A DNA stretch of 64,000 nucleotides from Candidatus Ozemobacteraceae bacterium (GTDB lineage Bacteria; Muiribacteriota; Ozemobacteria; Ozemobacterales; Ozemobacteraceae): NCBI GenBank assembly GCA_965140445.1, contig OZ223236.1, positions 3,232,001 to 3,296,000 on the forward strand, read 5' to 3'. The notes beneath the pieces are model-generated. The model saw nothing but the letters and a program-made list of their open reading frames with translations, was not told the DNA's origin and did not search any database. The translations under genes were made by a program, and so were the position numbers. Of this stretch, positions 1-9,489 are shown piece after piece. Each line of letters starts with the position of its first letter. Position 1 is the first letter of the stretch.

Positions 1-369
1 GCTTTTACGTTCAGAGATTATAGAATATTAGCCGAAGCTTGTTCTAATGGCTATACCAAATCAGAAATCCTTAGAATAGCTGAAAAAAGTAACTATGGAA
101 ATTCCGGTCATGGCCATGGACATTATTTGGGTGCAAACTCAAATGAATTAGAAAAACCAGTTTCAACAGATCCTTTTGCCAGTTATAAAGTAAATAAGTC
201 TCAAGTTGCTAGAGTTAATAAATTTATTAAAGCTGTAGAAACCAAAAAGGGAATGAATGAAGCAGTTAGAAAACTTAAATCAGTTGATATGAAAATTTTG
301 ACTGTTAAAGAATATATGGAAAAGTATCAGAAAATTATGGATTTTGAACGATTACATAGTTCAAATTGA
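1..369 (+). CDS. Hypothetical protein, 3' part (runs off the left edge)
   Basis: Frame +1 is open from base 1 (AFTFRDYRILAEACSNGYTKSEILRIAEKSNYGNSGHGHGHYLGANS...) to TGA at 369 and is followed by a terminator. Confidence 0.7.
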   Translation, partial: AFTFRDYRILAEACSNGYTKSEILRIAEKSNYGNSGHGHGHYLGANSNELEKPVSTDPFASYKVNKSQVARVNKFIKAVETKKGMNEAVRKLKSVDMKILTVKEYMEKYQKIMDFERLHSSN

Positions 370-378
370 TTTTAATTG

Positions 379-412
379 AAAAAGAGGCTTTCTTCGGGAA
401 GCCTCTTTTTTT
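379..412 (+). terminator. Intrinsic terminator
   Basis: AAAAAGAGGCTTTC-TTCG-GGAAGCCTCTTTTTTT: stem with a cUUCGg loop and T tract, just after the stop at 369. Confidence 0.85.
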
Positions 413-425
413 AGGAAAGGGCTTT

Positions 426-917
426 ATGATTAAAAAATTACTTGTTTTTGCACTGCTTTTTATTGTTTCAACATCTTTTTTGATTAATGCAGAACCATTA
501 AAAAAAGATGCCCAGGGTGAATTTATAACAGAATATGATAAAACCCAATTTTTCAAGGCTGCTGAAGAGGGTAATTCAAATAAGATTTCACTTTTATTAA
601 AAAAAATGCCCAAACTTGTTTTTGAAAAAGACAGAGAAGGTTGGACCGGTCTTATATATGCAGCTAGATTTAATCATAAGAATATTATTCAACTTCTAAT
701 AAAAAGTGGTTCCAAAATAGAAGACTGTGATAACGAAAAATTTACCGCTCTTCATCATGCTGCAGCCAGTGGTAGATTAGAAGCTGTAAAAGAACTCATA
801 AAACTAGGTGCAAAGGTAAATGCAAAAACGAATGGTTCTGTGACTCCAAAAAAATTGGCTGATTCAAATGGTCATCCTGGAGTAGCTTCTTATATTGGGG
901 GAAAAGGAGGCCACTAA
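426..917 (+). CDS. Exported ankyrin-repeat protein
   Basis: ATG 426 follows GGAAAGG; signal peptide MIKKLLVFALLFIVSTSFLINA; ankyrin motifs GWTGLIYAARFNH, FTALHHAAASG, VTPKKLA. Confidence 0.85.
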   Translation: MIKKLLVFALLFIVSTSFLINAEPLKKDAQGEFITEYDKTQFFKAAEEGNSNKISLLLKKMPKLVFEKDREGWTGLIYAARFNHKNIIQLLIKSGSKIEDCDNEKFTALHHAAASGRLEAVKELIKLGAKVNAKTNGSVTPKKLADSNGHPGVASYIGGKGGH

Positions 918-923
918 AAGAAC

Positions 924-2051
924 TTAGAACATTTCTTTGTAGGCTTTTAGGCTTACTTTACCCAATTTTAATAATGCTGGAAAGATCGAATTGTCAGACT
1001 TTTCAGCATTTTTTATTTTGAAATACCCTCTTAAGTATGAAACGTCTTTTGTATATGCACCTTTGTTAAATGTATTTCTAAGGCCTCTTTTACATCTGGT
1101 TGTAATTCTCCAGGCAATTTCATTGCTTGCTCCAGCTTGTTTTAAAAGCAAAAAGGTTTTATGGAATGAGTTCGTTAAAGACCAGTGAACTCCAAGTACT
1201 CTTAAAGCAAACAGTGGAAGGCCAATTTTAATTTCATGTTTAACCTCGTTAAAAACCGCCAATCCTTCTTCTGTTTCAACATAACCTGGGAAACCAGTTG
1301 TAAAAATTTTTAGCTCTTTTTTGCTTCCATTTTCAGCCCTAACTGCGTGGACACCTATTTCATGTAAAGCTAATCTTTTGGCATCTAATTCAGAAAATCT
1401 GGCACCTGAATTAATTTTAATTTGTTTTTTTGCCGGAGAAACAGAAGCTCTTGCTCCCATGCCATCAGAAATTACAACTTTCCAGTTATCAAGTCCATAA
1501 TCAGCTAAAGAAAGCATTAATAACTTTTTCAACTCTTCCGGAGAATAGATTTTTTCCTCATTTAGCTGTTTTTGATTTTTAATTATCAGTAACGCTTCTA
1601 AAATTAACCAATTTTCTGGAGCAGGATATAGTTTTATTGAATTTTCTGTAAAAACCTGTGAGTCATCAGTTGAAAGCATTTTTGCCTGGATTGTCAGTTG
1701 TTTTGAACATTCATTAAGTAAATTTTTAATCAGACTTTTTCCTGAAATTGATAACTTTTTTTCACTTGCCTTTATAATGTCAGCTGTCAATGAGTTATAA
1801 GAAAAGATAGGGTTATAAATAGAGCCATTTTTTAGAGCTGAAAAGAAATTTTGCTTTTCTTCATTTTGACTTTTGGTTGTTGGGTTTATTCGATTAGAAA
1901 ATGCAATCTTAGATCTTAAATGAAAAAGCTCTTTATCAAATTGCAACTCTTCATTTGAGGGATTAGGGAAATTTTTGGCGATTGCGCCAAATGTTCCTGA
2001 AATAAAGACAAAAAGAAATAATAAGGTGGCTATTTTTGAAAAATAATTCAA
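924..2051 (-). CDS. DUF1704 / MATCAP-like zinc metallopeptidase with signal peptide
   Basis: HEIGVH (HExxxH), TEEGLA and YTKDVSYLRG motifs; hydrophobic N-terminus. Confidence 0.8.
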   Translation of the reverse strand: MNYFSKIATLLFLFVFISGTFGAIAKNFPNPSNEELQFDKELFHLRSKIAFSNRINPTTKSQNEEKQNFFSALKNGSIYNPIFSYNSLTADIIKASEKKLSISGKSLIKNLLNECSKQLTIQAKMLSTDDSQVFTENSIKLYPAPENWLILEALLIIKNQKQLNEEKIYSPEELKKLLMLSLADYGLDNWKVVISDGMGARASVSPAKKQIKINSGARFSELDAKRLALHEIGVHAVRAENGSKKELKIFTTGFPGYVETEEGLAVFNEVKHEIKIGLPLFALRVLGVHWSLTNSFHKTFLLLKQAGASNEIAWRITTRCKRGLRNTFNKGAYTKDVSYLRGYFKIKNAEKSDNSIFPALLKLGKVSLKAYKEMF

Positions 2052-2111
2052 CTCAGGCCTCTTTAATAGTAGAATTTGGAGATAAACTACAATAAAATGT
2101 AAAAAGAAAAA

Positions 2112-2681
2112 ATGAAAGAAATAAATTTAATTACTCTAAAATGTTCAAATTGCTCAGCTTCTTTAAAATTTTCAGATAAAATAGACCGCTTTATCTGTAA
2201 TTACTGCGGTTCTGAGCAGTTGGTCATGCACAATTCGGATGGTTTTTTCTTTAAAAAATTAGAGAAAAAGATGGCTGACCTTGAGCGAGCCACAGAAAGA
2301 GGAAATGCAGAATTAGCTATTAAAAGGTTAAAGGAAGATTTGGATTCTGCTTTTTTTCAGCTAAAAGGGGTACAAGAAAAAAAAAGCGATCTTATTTTTT
2401 TACTAAATAATAGACGCGAAAATTCTAAGATGGTTTTAATTGGGACTGCTTTCTTGCAAATGGCTATTTTGGCTTTCGATTTTTCTTTTTCAATTTATAT
2501 CGTTTTTCAAGTAATTATAATTTCCACATTTTTTTATCAAATGCGTGTTTTAAATATTGTTCAGGTAGAAGAAGAAAAAGTTGTAAAAGAATTCAGACCT
2601 GAAATTGAAAGAATTTCCAATGAAATCGAGCAAGTGGAAATTAAGATAAGGAAAAAGGTTAAATTCATTGATGGAAAATAA
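2112..2681 (+). CDS. Zinc-ribbon / coiled-coil membrane protein
   Basis: CSNC...CNYC, then a coiled coil and two hydrophobic segments. Confidence 0.7.
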   Translation: MKEINLITLKCSNCSASLKFSDKIDRFICNYCGSEQLVMHNSDGFFFKKLEKKMADLERATERGNAELAIKRLKEDLDSAFFQLKGVQEKKSDLIFLLNNRRENSKMVLIGTAFLQMAILAFDFSFSIYIVFQVIIISTFFYQMRVLNIVQVEEEKVVKEFRPEIERISNEIEQVEIKIRKKVKFIDGK

Positions 2682-3141
2682 AGCAATTAATATAGTAAAA
2701 GTCTTAACAGGCGAATACTGGCCTATTGATTTTGAAATTTCTGAAAAAGAAGCTAAAAAGCACCTGGAGGTTCTTGTTAAAGACGACTCTGCCTCTATTG
2801 CCAGAGCAAGAATAAAAAAAATAGGGGATTTGACTTTAAATATAGCCATAATTACAGATTCAGTAGCAATTCACGTTCACCGAACTGGAAAAGAGTTTTA
2901 CAAGATTGTTTCAGGATCAGGAGAAATGCATACTGCTTTTGTTCCCAAAAATACTTCAAGTATAAAAAAAAATGAAATTTCTTTGGTTGAAGTTCAGAAG
3001 GGCGATGTAATCTTAATCCCGGAAAACTACGCACATATGCTAAAAAATACCTGCAAAAATCCATTAATTATATTGTTTATTTGTCCCCAAAGTCACCTTC
3101 AGGATGATGGAGATAGAGAATTTGTTGAGGTGGACTTTTGA
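2668..3141 (+). CDS. Cupin domain protein
   Basis: HVH...EFYKIVSGSG and GDVILIPENYAH cupin motifs. Confidence 0.8.
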   Translation: MMENKAINIVKVLTGEYWPIDFEISEKEAKKHLEVLVKDDSASIARARIKKIGDLTLNIAIITDSVAIHVHRTGKEFYKIVSGSGEMHTAFVPKNTSSIKKNEISLVEVQKGDVILIPENYAHMLKNTCKNPLIILFICPQSHLQDDGDREFVEVDF

Positions 3142-3899
3142 AAATAATTTTAGCTTCCTCTAAAACCATGAAACCAAGAGAAACCTTTTGCGATCCTTGC
3201 GCTACTGTACCAATTTTTAATTCAGAAGCTGAGAAAATAGTAGATTCACTTGGCAAAATGCCTTTAAAAGAACTCTCCGAACTTTTAAAGTGCAACTTAT
3301 CCTTAGCTAAGGGCGCTTTAGACTCATTTCAAAGATTTCAAATTAAAGATGAAAAAAGGTATGCTGCCCTTGCACTATTTAGTGGGCAAGTCTTTTCTCA
3401 AATTGAAGTAGAGAAGATGTCCAGAGATGATTGGGCGTATGCCAGCAAATCAATTATAATTGTTTCTGGTTTATTTGGTTTTTTAAGGAGCACAGACCAA
3501 ATCTTACCCTATCGGCTCGAAATGGCTTCTAAACTTCCTTCCATGGAAACGACGCTAGGAGAGTTTTGGGCAAAAAAGCTAACTTCATCACTTGAGAAAA
3601 ATGAATGTCTTTTTTCCAGGGAAGAAGAAATTTTGAATCTGGCTTCTGAAGAATACTCCCAGCCTTTTAGAAAATCAGACTTAGGTCAAAACCTGGTAAA
3701 AGTTGAATTTTTGGAAAAAGTTGGGGGAAAATTTAAAGTAATCGGTGTACATGCTAAAAAAGCTAGAGGTAAAATGACTAACTATATTATTCAGAATAAA
3801 ATCCAAACCTCAAATGATATTAAAGCCTTTTCTGAAGCAGGTTATGAATTTTCTGAAGAAGAGTCTGAAAAAATGAAAATCGTCTTTTGCAGGAACTAG
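3138..3899 (+). CDS. yaaA: YaaA family (DUF328) peroxide-stress DNA-binding protein
   Basis: IILASSKTM, SGLFGFLR..D.I.PYRLEM, NLASEEY, AKKARGKM. Confidence 0.85.
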   Translation: MKIILASSKTMKPRETFCDPCATVPIFNSEAEKIVDSLGKMPLKELSELLKCNLSLAKGALDSFQRFQIKDEKRYAALALFSGQVFSQIEVEKMSRDDWAYASKSIIIVSGLFGFLRSTDQILPYRLEMASKLPSMETTLGEFWAKKLTSSLEKNECLFSREEEILNLASEEYSQPFRKSDLGQNLVKVEFLEKVGGKFKVIGVHAKKARGKMTNYIIQNKIQTSNDIKAFSEAGYEFSEEESEKMKIVFCRN

Positions 3900-3963
3900 A
3901 TTATTTTTTGGACGGATACAGTAATTAGGAACTTAGATAAATAGTAAAAATAGGAGATTTTTT

Positions 3964-5073
3964 TTGAAAAACAAAAGCCTTTATCTACAAATTATGGCTG
4001 TTTTCGCAGGCATATCTTTAATCATGGTATTTGGAATAGGTTTATTAGCTTTTTTTGAAAGTCAAAAGTTGTTGGAAAAGCAATTTCAGGATGATCTAAA
4101 GGAAAAATCCCAAATTATTTATTCAAGCATTGATGAACAGATTAAAATTTCCACCTCTACAATTCAAGCTTTAGCAAATGGCTTAAAGAAGTTTAAGGAA
4201 AAAGACTTTCCTTCTCAGGGAATGCTTGATTTTGCAGTAAAAACCTCCCCGGTTTTTCAGAATATTTACCTGTTTGATCAAGCAGGAAAGGCTTTAGCTG
4301 TTAGCTATAAAGACGGTAGAGATGTATCTGAATATCTGGAAGAAAATTTTAATAATTTTGCCTCTGATCCCAATTTAAAATCAATTTTTGATGATATTAA
4401 CCGGGTTAGATACTCTGGAAAAATGGCTTTCTCAAAAGTCTTTGTCACCCAAAACGGTTCTGTAATGTTTTCTATTATAGCTCCAGTAAAATTTGGCGAA
4501 GAAATATTGGGCATAATCAGTTGTGGTGTGAATCTAAACAATGAGGAATCAGGGCTTCAAAAATTGTTATCTTCCTTAGGTACTTCGAAGAAGGGGTTTA
4601 GTGCAATTATTGGAGAAGACATGGATATTCTTTTAGGAGTTGGAAATGTTCCAGCTAAGAAGGAAATTTCATTACCAAATATAACTCCCTCTGAAAAAAG
4701 TTTTATTCATGGAAATCACATGCTTGTTTATAGAAAGATGGAAAATTGCGGATTGGCTATTTTTACTGGAATTTCTTTGGACGAGATAAATGAACAACTC
4801 AATAGGCTCGGTGCTCAGATATTCTTTTACGCATTATTTATTGTGATTCTGGCTCTGATAGTAGGAAGTATCGCTTCAAGAAAAATAATTGTTCCCATAA
4901 CTGAGTTAGTAAAAGGCCTAAATTGTGTAAAAAATGGAGATCTAAGTTATAAAGTTTCTATTTCTGGTTCTGGTGAAGTAAAGGAAGCTGTAGTCGCATA
5001 TAATGAGCTTGTCCAAAGAATAGAAAAAGATTTGCTTGTAGATAAAATGTGGACGGAACTTTGGAATGGATGA
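3964..5073 (+). CDS. Membrane sensor: TM-Cache-TM-HAMP with no output domain
   Basis: Two TM helices flank a Cache-like region (IYLFDQAGK, FSKVFV, IIAPV); HAMP PITELVKG...GDLSYKV...GEV...AYNEL; stop about 17 aa later. Confidence 0.75.
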   Translation: MKNKSLYLQIMAVFAGISLIMVFGIGLLAFFESQKLLEKQFQDDLKEKSQIIYSSIDEQIKISTSTIQALANGLKKFKEKDFPSQGMLDFAVKTSPVFQNIYLFDQAGKALAVSYKDGRDVSEYLEENFNNFASDPNLKSIFDDINRVRYSGKMAFSKVFVTQNGSVMFSIIAPVKFGEEILGIISCGVNLNNEESGLQKLLSSLGTSKKGFSAIIGEDMDILLGVGNVPAKKEISLPNITPSEKSFIHGNHMLVYRKMENCGLAIFTGISLDEINEQLNRLGAQIFFYALFIVILALIVGSIASRKIIVPITELVKGLNCVKNGDLSYKVSISGSGEVKEAVVAYNELVQRIEKDLLVDKMWTELWNG

Positions 5074-7552
5074 AAAACTATTAATTAAGCATTTCACAAA
5101 GCTAAGCCTGGCGGGATTTATAACAAAAGCAGTTTCTACGCTTGCTGTTATTTTTTCTGTCTCGGTAATTTTTTCCAGCGATTTTGTTTCAAATTTTATC
5201 TCATTTAACCTTATCCTTGCGTCTTTAATGCTGTTCTTTGGTTTTTTTCAATTGCTAAAACCAGTATTTGGTTTCAAAAAGAAAATCCTGGCTTTTTTCT
5301 CTATCCTTACGGGCTGCACTATGTTTATCGCATCGCGAAACTTGGAGTCTTTAACGCATATTTTAACCCTTATCTTTTTCATATCGGCTGTGTATTTTGA
5401 TTCACTCTGTACTTCATTCTATATGGAAAAGTTCAGCAGCAACTTTTCTTTAAAGGAACAAAAAAGATTTTACTATATATTTAATGGTTCTCACTATTTG
5501 GGTGCTGTTTTGGCAGGTATTTCCATCCCATTTTTATTTCAACTTGCAACTTTCAAAACAGGTTTAAATCTGGCTTCAATTTTGTGTTTTCTGGTTCCAG
5601 TAGTAACCTTTTTTTTAACAGATAACCCAAATTCGAAAAAGGAAGAAAGTGGGCTCGCTAAAACTGGAGTTGCCATCAAATCTTTCTTTCAAACAAAAAT
5701 AGGCTTATGGTGGCTTTTGGTTGCATTTATAGCATCCTTAATCTATGCTTTTTCAACAATTCCATTCATTTTTGACAGCCTGTCCAGCATTAACAATTCC
5801 AAGGAAATCGCCTCTTATGTAGGAAAAATTATTGCTTCTGCAGAAGTGTTGATTTTCATGATTTTCGCTTTTATCTTACCTTTCTTTTTAACTCGATTTT
5901 CTCCTCCTTCATTACTTTTAGTTTCTCCGGTGCTTTTGCTTTTCATAGGGACTTTATCTATTTATTTTCCCTTGAAAATCATAAAATTAGGAAATTTTTT
6001 CGTAGCCTACCTAATCTTAAGAACTTTTAATAGAGCTGTTTTTCAGTCTTTTGCTCAATTATTTAAAAATTCCGAACGGCCTTTTGCAAAGATCATAAAT
6101 GGGGAAGTGATTTTCCCTTTTGGGCTTCTTGTAGGATTTCTTTTAATGCATTTTTATCCGGATTTGATTAAGGGAAGTTTTCCATTAAAAACTCTTTTAG
6201 CCCTTGGAAGTTTTTCGCTTCTCCTTGTTTTCGCTGGTAGGAACAAATATTTTCTGGCATTAAGAGAAACATTGGAAAAAAATTCTGAAGAAGATTTTTC
6301 TGATGAGCTGGTTGGTAACTCGGCACTTAGTTTTACGACTGAAAAAGAAAAAATACTTTTGCTGCAGCCAATGCAAAGAAGTGGTGCAATTCTTCGTTTA
6401 GCTCAAAAGTGTCCCAGGAGTGCTGCAAAAATAGTTTTGGAGCTTTTAAAAACAGAGAAAGATGAAAAAGCCCTTTCTACATTAGTTAGAACCTGCGGGC
6501 GTTTGGAGTTTCCCTCAATAAAAATGAAGCTGGAAGAAGTTCTCTATTCTAACGATTCAAGTAGACTTTCTGCTGACGCACTTGAGAGCTTGTATCGAAT
6601 TAATAAAGAAGTTGCTTTAGAGAACGCTCTAAAGTTGCTGTCAACAGATAATAATCGGCTTAAGTCCAACGCTATAATGATTTGTTTAAGAGCTTCAAAT
6701 GAAAAAACTGATATTAAAAATGCTTTAATAAAACTTAAAGAGATGGTTTTCTCCGATAAGCCAGAATTTAGATCAAGCGCATGTGCAATCGTTGGTGAAA
6801 TTAAAAGTAGAGCTGCAATTCCTGCTCTGATAAAACTCTTGAATGATGAAAACGAACAAGTCTTGAAATCGGCTGTTAAAGCTGCTTCTAAGATTAAAAA
6901 TGAAGACCTGGAAAAGTGCCTTAGTAAAGTAAGCGATAGGTCTGAGGAATTAAAAGCTTATGTAAGTAAACAGGTAAAGCTAAATTCAGCAGGCCTTGGA
7001 AAAAACATCACACGTCTACTACAAACTGACGGAAGGGTTACCATGGATCAAGTTGTTTCCTTAATGGGACGCATGAGAAATGAAAAAGAAGTTGAGATTG
7101 CTTACCAGGTGGCTATGAGATTTCCAGGACTTCCAGGCTTCAGAATTTTGGAACAACTTTCTTTTCATTCTAAACTTGGTTTAATTGATGAACTAGAGCA
7201 TTCTTTGATTCCTTTTGGTTTGGATTTTGAAAAAATTTGGTTGATGATCAGTAACTCTGAAAATTTTGAATTAAATGAACTTGGAGTTGCTTGTCTTGGA
7301 GCGGTTGATGAAGAGACTTTCAAGAATGTTGTAAGACGAGCTGTAAAAAGTAAAGTCCAAAATAATGGAAAAGCATTGATTTTTTCTGGAGCAGGAATGC
7401 GAATTTTGGATAGAAAATTAGGGCTCGCGATCTGGGAGAACTTCTCATCAGGAGAAAATCTGCTTTTTGATAAAGGAAACCAATTGATTAAAGAGCTTGA
7501 TTCAGAAAGCGCAAGAGAGCTTTTTTACTGGTTAAAAAAACAGCTAATCTGA
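5066..7552 (+). CDS. MFS / nucleotide-translocase-like membrane domain fused to HEAT repeats
   Basis: About 11-12 hydrophobic segments in the first 400 aa; HEAT-like repeats (RLSADALESL, RLKSNAI, AIPALIKLLNDENEQV). Confidence 0.7.
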   Translation: MDEKLLIKHFTKLSLAGFITKAVSTLAVIFSVSVIFSSDFVSNFISFNLILASLMLFFGFFQLLKPVFGFKKKILAFFSILTGCTMFIASRNLESLTHILTLIFFISAVYFDSLCTSFYMEKFSSNFSLKEQKRFYYIFNGSHYLGAVLAGISIPFLFQLATFKTGLNLASILCFLVPVVTFFLTDNPNSKKEESGLAKTGVAIKSFFQTKIGLWWLLVAFIASLIYAFSTIPFIFDSLSSINNSKEIASYVGKIIASAEVLIFMIFAFILPFFLTRFSPPSLLLVSPVLLLFIGTLSIYFPLKIIKLGNFFVAYLILRTFNRAVFQSFAQLFKNSERPFAKIINGEVIFPFGLLVGFLLMHFYPDLIKGSFPLKTLLALGSFSLLLVFAGRNKYFLALRETLEKNSEEDFSDELVGNSALSFTTEKEKILLLQPMQRSGAILRLAQKCPRSAAKIVLELLKTEKDEKALSTLVRTCGRLEFPSIKMKLEEVLYSNDSSRLSADALESLYRINKEVALENALKLLSTDNNRLKSNAIMICLRASNEKTDIKNALIKLKEMVFSDKPEFRSSACAIVGEIKSRAAIPALIKLLNDENEQVLKSAVKAASKIKNEDLEKCLSKVSDRSEELKAYVSKQVKLNSAGLGKNITRLLQTDGRVTMDQVVSLMGRMRNEKEVEIAYQVAMRFPGLPGFRILEQLSFHSKLGLIDELEHSLIPFGLDFEKIWLMISNSENFELNELGVACLGAVDEETFKNVVRRAVKSKVQNNGKALIFSGAGMRILDRKLGLAIWENFSSGENLLFDKGNQLIKELDSESARELFYWLKKQLI

Positions 7553-7658
7553 AATAATAAAAATTGAAATAGCCTTATGGTGCAATATTTAGGTATAATG
7601 GTTTGTTCTCAAAACGAAGTTTCGGTCTGGGAATATTCTATAATTGTCAGGAGCAGAT

Positions 7659-8609
7659 ATGGGCGAGACACAAGTTATTCGTAGTATTTTTGACTGCGAG
7701 TTTTTAAAGAGTCTGATCGAACGAAATTGGAAAGTTACTGTTGAACAGCTTATCTTCCTTCATCTTGGTTTCAATGATAGCTATCTCGTAAGAACGGACA
7801 AGGGTAAATTTATAGCTCGCCTTTATAAACAAGGGTGGCGTTCTGATTCTGAGATTCTTTCTGAGTTAAAAATATTAGCAGCTCTTCAGAAGAAAAAATT
7901 GCCAGTAGCTTCATTCGTTAGAACAGGCGATGGCGACATGTTTATTACTGTTGATGCGCCTGAAGGTGAAAGACCATTAGTGCTATTCGATTTCATTGAT
8001 GGGGAAATTCCACATCCTTTAACCAAAGAAGATGCAAAGAAGCACGGTGAGTTGCTCCAGGAATTGCATAGTTTTTTAAAGAAAGCTGGTAAAGATCTTG
8101 ATCGTCCAAAGCTAGGTGTTTCTTTTCTTGTAGATGAACCAATTCAAACACTTAACGAAAGTTTTCCAGATAAATTGGATGAAATAGAAGAATTATCAAA
8201 TAATTTGAAAACACTTGTTTCTAAGGTAAATTTCAAAGGAAAAACGCATTTAATTCATGGCGATTTTCTTAGCTCAAACCTTATTTCTAACAAAAAAAAT
8301 CATTCCATTATAGATTTTGATTTCTGCGGTGCAGGTTTACCAGAATACGATCTGGCTACATATCTATGGGGAGTTTATAAAGAACTTCCAGAAAAAGAAG
8401 CTAAAGCTTGTGAAAAAAGCTTCCTGCAAGGTTATGGCATTGAAGTGAACAAAGAATTAACCAGTAAAATAGCTATTCTCAAAGTTCTCAGAGAATTTTG
8501 GGTCTGGGCAATAAATGTTAAAATTGGTTATGACTTCAGGCGTCTTGCTTCATTAAGCTTTGATTTTAATGTTGGGCAGATAAAAGAAAATCTTAAGAAA
8601 TGTAAGTAA
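7659..8609 (+). CDS. APH / type II homoserine kinase-like phosphotransferase
   Basis: IHGDFLSSN catalytic loop, IIDFD, YDLA; ATG 7659 follows AGGAG. Confidence 0.8.
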   Translation: MGETQVIRSIFDCEFLKSLIERNWKVTVEQLIFLHLGFNDSYLVRTDKGKFIARLYKQGWRSDSEILSELKILAALQKKKLPVASFVRTGDGDMFITVDAPEGERPLVLFDFIDGEIPHPLTKEDAKKHGELLQELHSFLKKAGKDLDRPKLGVSFLVDEPIQTLNESFPDKLDEIEELSNNLKTLVSKVNFKGKTHLIHGDFLSSNLISNKKNHSIIDFDFCGAGLPEYDLATYLWGVYKELPEKEAKACEKSFLQGYGIEVNKELTSKIAILKVLREFWVWAINVKIGYDFRRLASLSFDFNVGQIKENLKKCK

Positions 8610-8645
8610 TTGTTTAACCGGCTATAAAAAGAAAGAAGGAAAATA

Positions 8646-9284
8646 ATGTTTTGTCCTAAGTGTAAAGCAGAATTTAGAGAAGGTTTCAGTTTCTGTGCAG
8701 ATTGTAATGCTTCTTTAGTAGAAGAATTGCCAGAATTAGAAGAAGATTCTGAAGAAACTTTTGTTATTGAAGAATATGAAAAACCGGGGCAGGAAATAAG
8801 ATTTTGTCCTGAATGTCAGGAAGTCTATGAAGACGATTTTGAAGAATGCCCTGAATGTGAAGTTGAATTAGAAATAGCGACCAAAGATAATAGACCAGAA
8901 ATGGTAAAAAAAATAGAAGCACAAATTTTACATTTTCAGGGTAGAATCGCCAAGCTAAATAACCTAACAGAAATAGAAGAGGAAAAGGTTTTACTTTTTG
9001 AAACTGATGATATGAACTTTGCTATTTCTGCCATGGAAACCCTCGATAGAAATGGATTAGAATTTGAGTTTCTTGAAGCTGAGAATAGCTTTAATCCTCT
9101 AGGTTTTTTACTTTCGAGCAATAGCCCCACTGAAGAAAAACTTAATAGAGTTTTGGTTCGCGTAAAGGATGAGCAAGCTGCAACAGATTTATTAAATCAA
9201 GCTCCAGAGCTTGGTTTAAATGATATTCCCGAAGAGCTTGCCGATTCCGATTTTGAAGAAGAAGATCCGGAAGAAGATTTCTAA
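8646..9284 (+). CDS. Double zinc-ribbon acidic protein (DUF2007-like C-terminus)
   Basis: MFCPKC...CADC and FCPEC...CPEC; very acidic; ends in a RVLVR.KDEQAA.DLL segment. Confidence 0.7.
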   Translation: MFCPKCKAEFREGFSFCADCNASLVEELPELEEDSEETFVIEEYEKPGQEIRFCPECQEVYEDDFEECPECEVELEIATKDNRPEMVKKIEAQILHFQGRIAKLNNLTEIEEEKVLLFETDDMNFAISAMETLDRNGLEFEFLEAENSFNPLGFLLSSNSPTEEKLNRVLVRVKDEQAATDLLNQAPELGLNDIPEELADSDFEEEDPEEDF

Positions 9285-9330
9285 ACAATTGGCAATAAGC
9301 CTTGAATAGGTTTATTGCCAATTGTTTTTT
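9283..9330 (+). terminator. Intrinsic terminator
   Basis: AAACAATTGGCAATAAGCCT...AGGTTTATTGCCAATTGTTTTTT long stem directly at the stop codon. Confidence 0.85.
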
Positions 9331-9489
9331 ATACTAATAATAAAAAATAAAAGATATAAGCGAGAGATTTTTTAAGCTATTTGGCTATTTTGTTTAATGG
9401 AAATTTTATAGGAATAGAAAGTGTCCTATTTGTTTTTTATAAAACAGATTTTTTTGCTGGTCTAAGCTTTAATAAATGGGAGGAATGTA

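Noticed and set aside
366..425. Upstream TTG extension of the ankyrin ORF
   Set aside because: Runs through a terminator; ATG 426 has an RBS and starts a signal peptide.
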